Below, piece after piece: positions 60,383 to 64,000 of a stretch of 64,000 nucleotides of DNA (the first letter of the stretch is position 1; every line of letters starts with the position of its first letter). The notes under the pieces were generated by a model that made no database searches, was not told where the DNA came from, and was given only the letters and a program-made list of their open reading frames with translations. This DNA is from a virus: positions 1 to 64,000 of IMG/VR virus record IMGVR_UViG_3300046777_001793. One strand, written 5' to 3'. The position numbers and the translations under genes are program-made.

Positions 60383-60764
60383 ATAAAAACCCCCACAACC
60401 CTTGAAAACATTGGGCTATCCCCCCATCCTAAGCAAAAACGTACTTATTCTTATTTAGGAGCACATGATGCTAACGCTATAAAGAGAAATTCATGTGTGT
60501 GGCGGAGAATGGGTATATTGAAAATTATGGATATAATGGTGTGTATGGGTCCTTCCATTATTTGCCCCCCGGGCAAACACAATGTCAGGTGTACCCCCTA
60601 GGCAAGCAGCAGGCACAGAGGTTATTGTTATAGCATAATGACATTAATTTTCTCCAGGGAAGAAGTTTGTGTGCCAGAGGAGAAGGGTGCTTGTCAAGAG
60701 AGTGCTTGGGAAGCAGAGCAAGAGAAGAGAGTGACACAGGAAGGAAGATGCAGGGCAAGGTCTT

Positions 60765-60792
60765 ATTCTATATTAATGACCTCTCGGTCATT
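60765..60792 (+). promoter_or_regulatory. Hairpin element copy A
   Basis: ATTCTA-TATT-AATGACC-TCTC-GGTCATT, 15 nt before the ATG at 60808. Confidence 0.65.
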
Positions 60793-60807
60793 TTAAATTT
60801 TATAATT

Positions 60808-60990
60808 ATGAAAAATTTTTCAGTAAGAGAAATGATTATCATACTAAATGTTGTGGTAATCATTGCATTAGCAGGTTCATTGACTGCTTTATGCATTACA
60901 ACTAATGTTGTGTTTGTGTACACCTTTGTGTGCACAGCACCAGTTGCTATGCTTTGTGTTTTAATACTTGATAAGTATGAGAAACAATAA
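60808..60990 (+). CDS. Early two-TM membrane protein (60 aa)
   Basis: ATG at 60808 with AT-rich leader; two hydrophobic helices. Confidence 0.65.
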   Translation: MKNFSVREMIIILNVVVIIALAGSLTALCITTNVVFVYTFVCTAPVAMLCVLILDKYEKQ

Positions 60991-61282
60991 TTTGAAAAGG
61001 GGAGCTTCCGTAGGGAAGTTCTACCTTTACACTATGGTTATTATAACCATAGTATTAATATTTATAATGAGTTCTTGTTCTAAAGGAACATACTATAAGT
61101 ATGCCTACATAGATTGTAGGAAACAAGATGTGGTTACAACTCATTTGATTCCAGTTAACCACACCTTATCTGATGCAGAGATTAACCAAAGACTCTCTGT
61201 ATATAGAGCTGAAAGAAACAGTTATGTCCTTATGGATACAATTGTATTGGAAACAGCTTCTACATTATTTATGTTAAAATAA
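60977..61282 (+). CDS. Early lipoprotein
   Basis: Hydrophobic stretch followed by the MSSC lipobox. Confidence 0.65.
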   Translation: MRNNNLKRGASVGKFYLYTMVIITIVLIFIMSSCSKGTYYKYAYIDCRKQDVVTTHLIPVNHTLSDAEINQRLSVYRAERNSYVLMDTIVLETASTLFMLK

Positions 61283-61287
61283 TTATT

Positions 61288-61455
61288 ATGAAAAAGAAAA
61301 TAGAAAAGGCACTATTATATATAGTGTCAATCATACTAGTGCTTGTTGGATTAACAGGCACTATGTTACACAACCAACTAATTGGTTGTGTTAGTTTATT
61401 AATGTTCATTGCAGGAATAATTGCCTTTATAGGCACAATGAACAAGTATGAGTAA
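61288..61455 (+). CDS. Early two-TM membrane protein, 55 aa (not in ORF track)
   Basis: MKKKIEKALLYIVSIILVLVGLTGTMLHNQLIGCVSLLMFIAGIIAFIGTMNKYE. Confidence 0.7.
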   Translation: MKKKIEKALLYIVSIILVLVGLTGTMLHNQLIGCVSLLMFIAGIIAFIGTMNKYE

Positions 61456-61527
61456 GACATTCTTGACCACGCATTCTACTACGGTAGGTGTGTGGTCTTA
61501 CGCTTTAGGACAAACGTGTAACCTTTA

Positions 61528-61554
61528 ATTCTATATCAATTACCTTTGGTAATT
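61528..61554 (+). promoter_or_regulatory. Hairpin element copy B
   Basis: ATTCTA-TATC-AATTACC-TTT-GGTAATT. Confidence 0.65.
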
Positions 61555-61724
61555 TTCCCAGTGCGTTACATTCACACCCATTGATAGGCTACGCCTATCA
61601 TCACCCACATCAAAGACAAGGCACACCAACAAAGAGATTACTATCATCAGCACCCAATGTAACACAGCAATGCACCGGCCTTCGGCCTATGCCTATCGGC
61701 ATCAACAATGTAATGTAATCTTAC

Positions 61725-61751
61725 ATTCTATACCAATTACCTTCGGTAATT
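61725..61751 (+). promoter_or_regulatory. Hairpin element copy C
   Basis: ATTCTA-TACC-AATTACC-TTC-GGTAATT. Confidence 0.65.
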
Positions 61752-61767
61752 ACTTATTACAAAAAGT

Positions 61768-62173
61768 CCTGTTGCTGATTAACTGAACAAATGATGTTTC
61801 AGCAACAGGCATTATGTCGTTGTAGGTGTATTATTATAACCTTCTGTTTGCAGTTTTAGAATAAAACTGTTGTTTGTATGTTAGGCCTAAACATTCACCA
61901 CCAATACCATTAAGCGTATTGGGTATTCTCATTCAAGCAGATTGTATAAAGCAATGTTAAAAGGGTTGCAACCTTATGAGAATACAACAACTATGGGGGA
62001 AAGTCCTTTAAGGATACCAATTATTACCGTCTAACATTTGGTAATAACGGTGCGTAAAGCCATAGCGTGAATTAGAGATAGCCCTGATTATAGGGTGTTT
62101 GAGAATGAGTGACCAAGGTTAGTGGTTAGAGCATTTGGCTAATTAAGTGTCAACGAGATAGACACTATTTTTT
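61768..62173 (+). ncRNA. Candidate large structured non-coding RNA
   Basis: Many nested inverted repeats, no ORF of 60 aa or more, bracketed by copy C and a terminator-like hairpin. Confidence 0.45.
62146..62173 (+). terminator. Intrinsic terminator
   Basis: AGTGTC-N9-GACACT-A-TTTTTT. Confidence 0.65.
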
Positions 62174-62187
62174 CCTCACAACCTTTC

Positions 62188-62214
62188 ATTCTAAACCAAC
62201 TACCTTCGGTAGTT
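62188..62214 (+). promoter_or_regulatory. Hairpin element copy D
   Basis: ATTCTA-AACC-AACTACC-TTC-GGTAGTT. Confidence 0.65.
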
Positions 62215-62339
62215 CTTACGCTACGCGTCTTATGCTTTTGCATATATTCCTAAAATTTGGTTAGGGAATTAAAATAATTAACCAGCATTTATTAATTTTT
62301 AGAAACCTTGTGGTGTATAGGTCAACCCAATCTACGGTA

Positions 62340-63014
62340 ATGGAAACTTTAAACACATTAACCGCAAAAAAAGAGTTCATTAAAAACAATTTGGACAAAT
62401 TGTCTGATGAAACTCGCCCATCTGCATCTCAAATTAATGCTTTCAAGGCTGGTGACACAAACCACGTTGATGCTTTAGTAGAAGAGATTAACTCATTTGT
62501 TGCACCTGCAAATGATGTTATAGCAGATGAAACTGTTGAAAAAGTTGATACACTTGTGTATGAAACATTAACAACAGAATCAGGTGCAAGTGTTGAAGTT
62601 GTTTGGTTGCCATTCCTTAAATATGGAATGCGACAAGACAAACAAACACGCAAGGTTAGAACTAATTACCAATTTGGTTTTGGCTCTAACATAGTAACCA
62701 TTCAAAACTCTTTACTTGACCCAATCAAGAAGAGCATTGAAGTAGGTGCAATGTTCCCTATCAAGGTTGAAACTATTCAGCCTATTGTAGCAGAACGCAC
62801 TTATGGTTACGGTAAACAAGTATTCTCCGCAGGTATTGCTGAATTTGCTTGTGAGTTGTTGCTTGATGCACGTGCAGAGAAAATGGAAGAGTTGGAAGAA
62901 CTTTCTCAATTATCTGCGGAAGCACAAGAGATGGTTATTAAAGCAACCGCTTTAAGCCAAGCAGAGCAATACTTATTGAAGAAAGGTATTAAGTTACCTT
63001 CATCAATGAAATAG
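62340..63014 (+). CDS. Early hypothetical protein (224 aa)
   Basis: Long ORF with ATG at 62340, followed by a terminator. Confidence 0.8.
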   Translation: METLNTLTAKKEFIKNNLDKLSDETRPSASQINAFKAGDTNHVDALVEEINSFVAPANDVIADETVEKVDTLVYETLTTESGASVEVVWLPFLKYGMRQDKQTRKVRTNYQFGFGSNIVTIQNSLLDPIKKSIEVGAMFPIKVETIQPIVAERTYGYGKQVFSAGIAEFACELLLDARAEKMEELEELSQLSAEAQEMVIKATALSQAEQYLLKKGIKLPSSMK

Positions 63015-63021
63015 AGATAAT

Positions 63022-63054
63022 GGAGTGGTGTAACAACCACTCCTAATCTTTTTT
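63022..63054 (+). terminator. Intrinsic terminator
   Basis: GGAGTGGT-N6-ACCACTCC followed by a T-rich tract. Confidence 0.7.
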
Positions 63055-63285
63055 GTGGGAGCTCTTTGAAACCTCCGGTTTCAGCCGCAAGGCAACCTTC
63101 CCTGAAATTACAGGCTGATTGCGTGTGTAGCGTAACGTATGGATGTTTAAATTACCGTTCCCATAATATGCAGGGTGTGACAATAACACCCAGAAATTAC
63201 CGTTCCCATGCGTGTGTAGCAACGCTTTAAAGGATAAATTACTATCATCATAACACAGTATCACATTTAAAAAACCCTAGAAAAA

Positions 63286-63468
63286 ATGAACAATAACTTA
63301 ATGTTAACTGAAATAACACTCAACCCAAAAGAGTATTACCAGTTCAGATTACTAGCATTACAGCACAGAGTAATGTTCACAGTAGAGTGGACCAAACAAG
63401 GTGCATTAGTTTCTTGTGAAACTCCATTCCTAATTGCATTTGGTTACATCAATCAAGTAGAATTTTAA
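63286..63468 (+). CDS. Early hypothetical protein (60 aa)
   Basis: ATG after an A-rich leader. Confidence 0.6.
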   Translation: MNNNLMLTEITLNPKEYYQFRLLALQHRVMFTVEWTKQGALVSCETPFLIAFGYINQVEF

Positions 63469-63751
63469 TTAAATGACTATCAGCATTTTACATTTTGCCT
63501 TTTTACCTGTTTTCGCTTTTATATAGGCATTTTGTAATTTGCTGATTAATAACCGGTTAGTCTACTTGTTACACCGGTAAAACACAACAAAAATTACCAC
63601 TTTCAACTAAGAATTTAATTGATAACACACAAATTGTAGCAGATTGTGGTAAATTTTTTTGTGTAACGTGTTGATTTGTAAGTGTTTGGCGACCAGTCAC
63701 CCAAATCATCATATTTCATAAAACCCCTAAACCCTAAAAAATTTTAATAAT

Positions 63752-64000
63752 ATGGCAATAAGACAGTTTATTACAGGCTTCAAGACCTTTGTAGTATTGA
63801 CTACTTGTATGTTAGCAATGCAGAACTTATACACAACAATACAGTATGGTAGGCTTAATGCTTACTATGACTTTGATGTTATAGATTGGTCTTTAATGAC
63901 TATATGTGTTCTCTTTAACTTATCTATTAGTGTTATTGATGCTATAACAACCACAGAAACGTGTATAATACAAACAGATACAGACACTTTATCATATCTG
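63752..64000 (+). CDS. Partial early membrane protein running off the window
   Basis: MAIRQFITGFKTFVVLTTCMLAMQ... open to the window end. Confidence 0.6.
   Translation, partial: MAIRQFITGFKTFVVLTTCMLAMQNLYTTIQYGRLNAYYDFDVIDWSLMTICVLFNLSISVIDAITTTETCIIQTDTDTLSYL

Noticed and set aside
60667-60807. N-terminal extension of the 60667..60990 ORF from a TTG start
   Set aside because: Runs through the purine tract and hairpin A; the ATG at 60808 has a typical AT-rich leader
61995-62006. GGGGGAAAGTCC resembling the RNase P RNA conserved region I
   Set aside because: No matching 3' conserved region or P4 pairing partner is visible
62117-62166. tRNA-like AGTGGTTAGAGCA (D-loop-like)
   Set aside because: D-stem is mismatched; no anticodon stem, no GTTCRA T-loop and no acceptor stem
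63582-63664. Long imperfect inverted repeat (AAATTACCAC/GTGGTAAATTT)
   Set aside because: AT-rich and heavily mismatched; too weak to call a feature

Overview
This window is about 64 kb of an AT-rich crAss-like (Crassvirales-type) podophage genome. The host is probably Bacteroidota, judging from the TAnnTTTG-type promoters, A-rich leaders without Shine-Dalgarno sequences and the gene order. Bases 1-60253 form one minus-strand late block. From the right it holds: a RepL-like gene with upstream iteron/operator repeats; small accessory genes, including a cluster of nucleotide-sponge-type anti-defence candidates (Tad1-like, Acb2/Tad1-hairpin-like and an unusual two-domain fusion); GroES; a lysis cassette; HU/IHF-like and PD-(D/E)XK genes; terminase, portal, scaffold and major capsid; small Lys-rich peptides plus a ferritin/Dps-like gene; Cys-rich collagen tail/fibre genes; ring and muzzle proteins; and large ejected cargo proteins. 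The strand switches near 60.4-60.8 kb into a plus-strand early region that is largely non-coding. The most striking signal lies there: four copies of an ATTCTA-N4-[7-bp hairpin] element with compensatory base changes, among further hairpins that read C-GNA-G or C-GNNA-G on the template strand. These are candidate N4-like ssDNA hairpin promoters for the virion RNA polymerase. One copy precedes a densely structured ~400-nt candidate ncRNA. Other items worth a second look are an in-frame TGA in the leftmost gene, a recurring di-glycine motif shared by cargo proteins and tiny basic peptides, a beta-barrel-like segment in a cargo protein, and a circularly permuted FISUMP domain. All functional calls come from motif recognition and synteny only; no searches were run.
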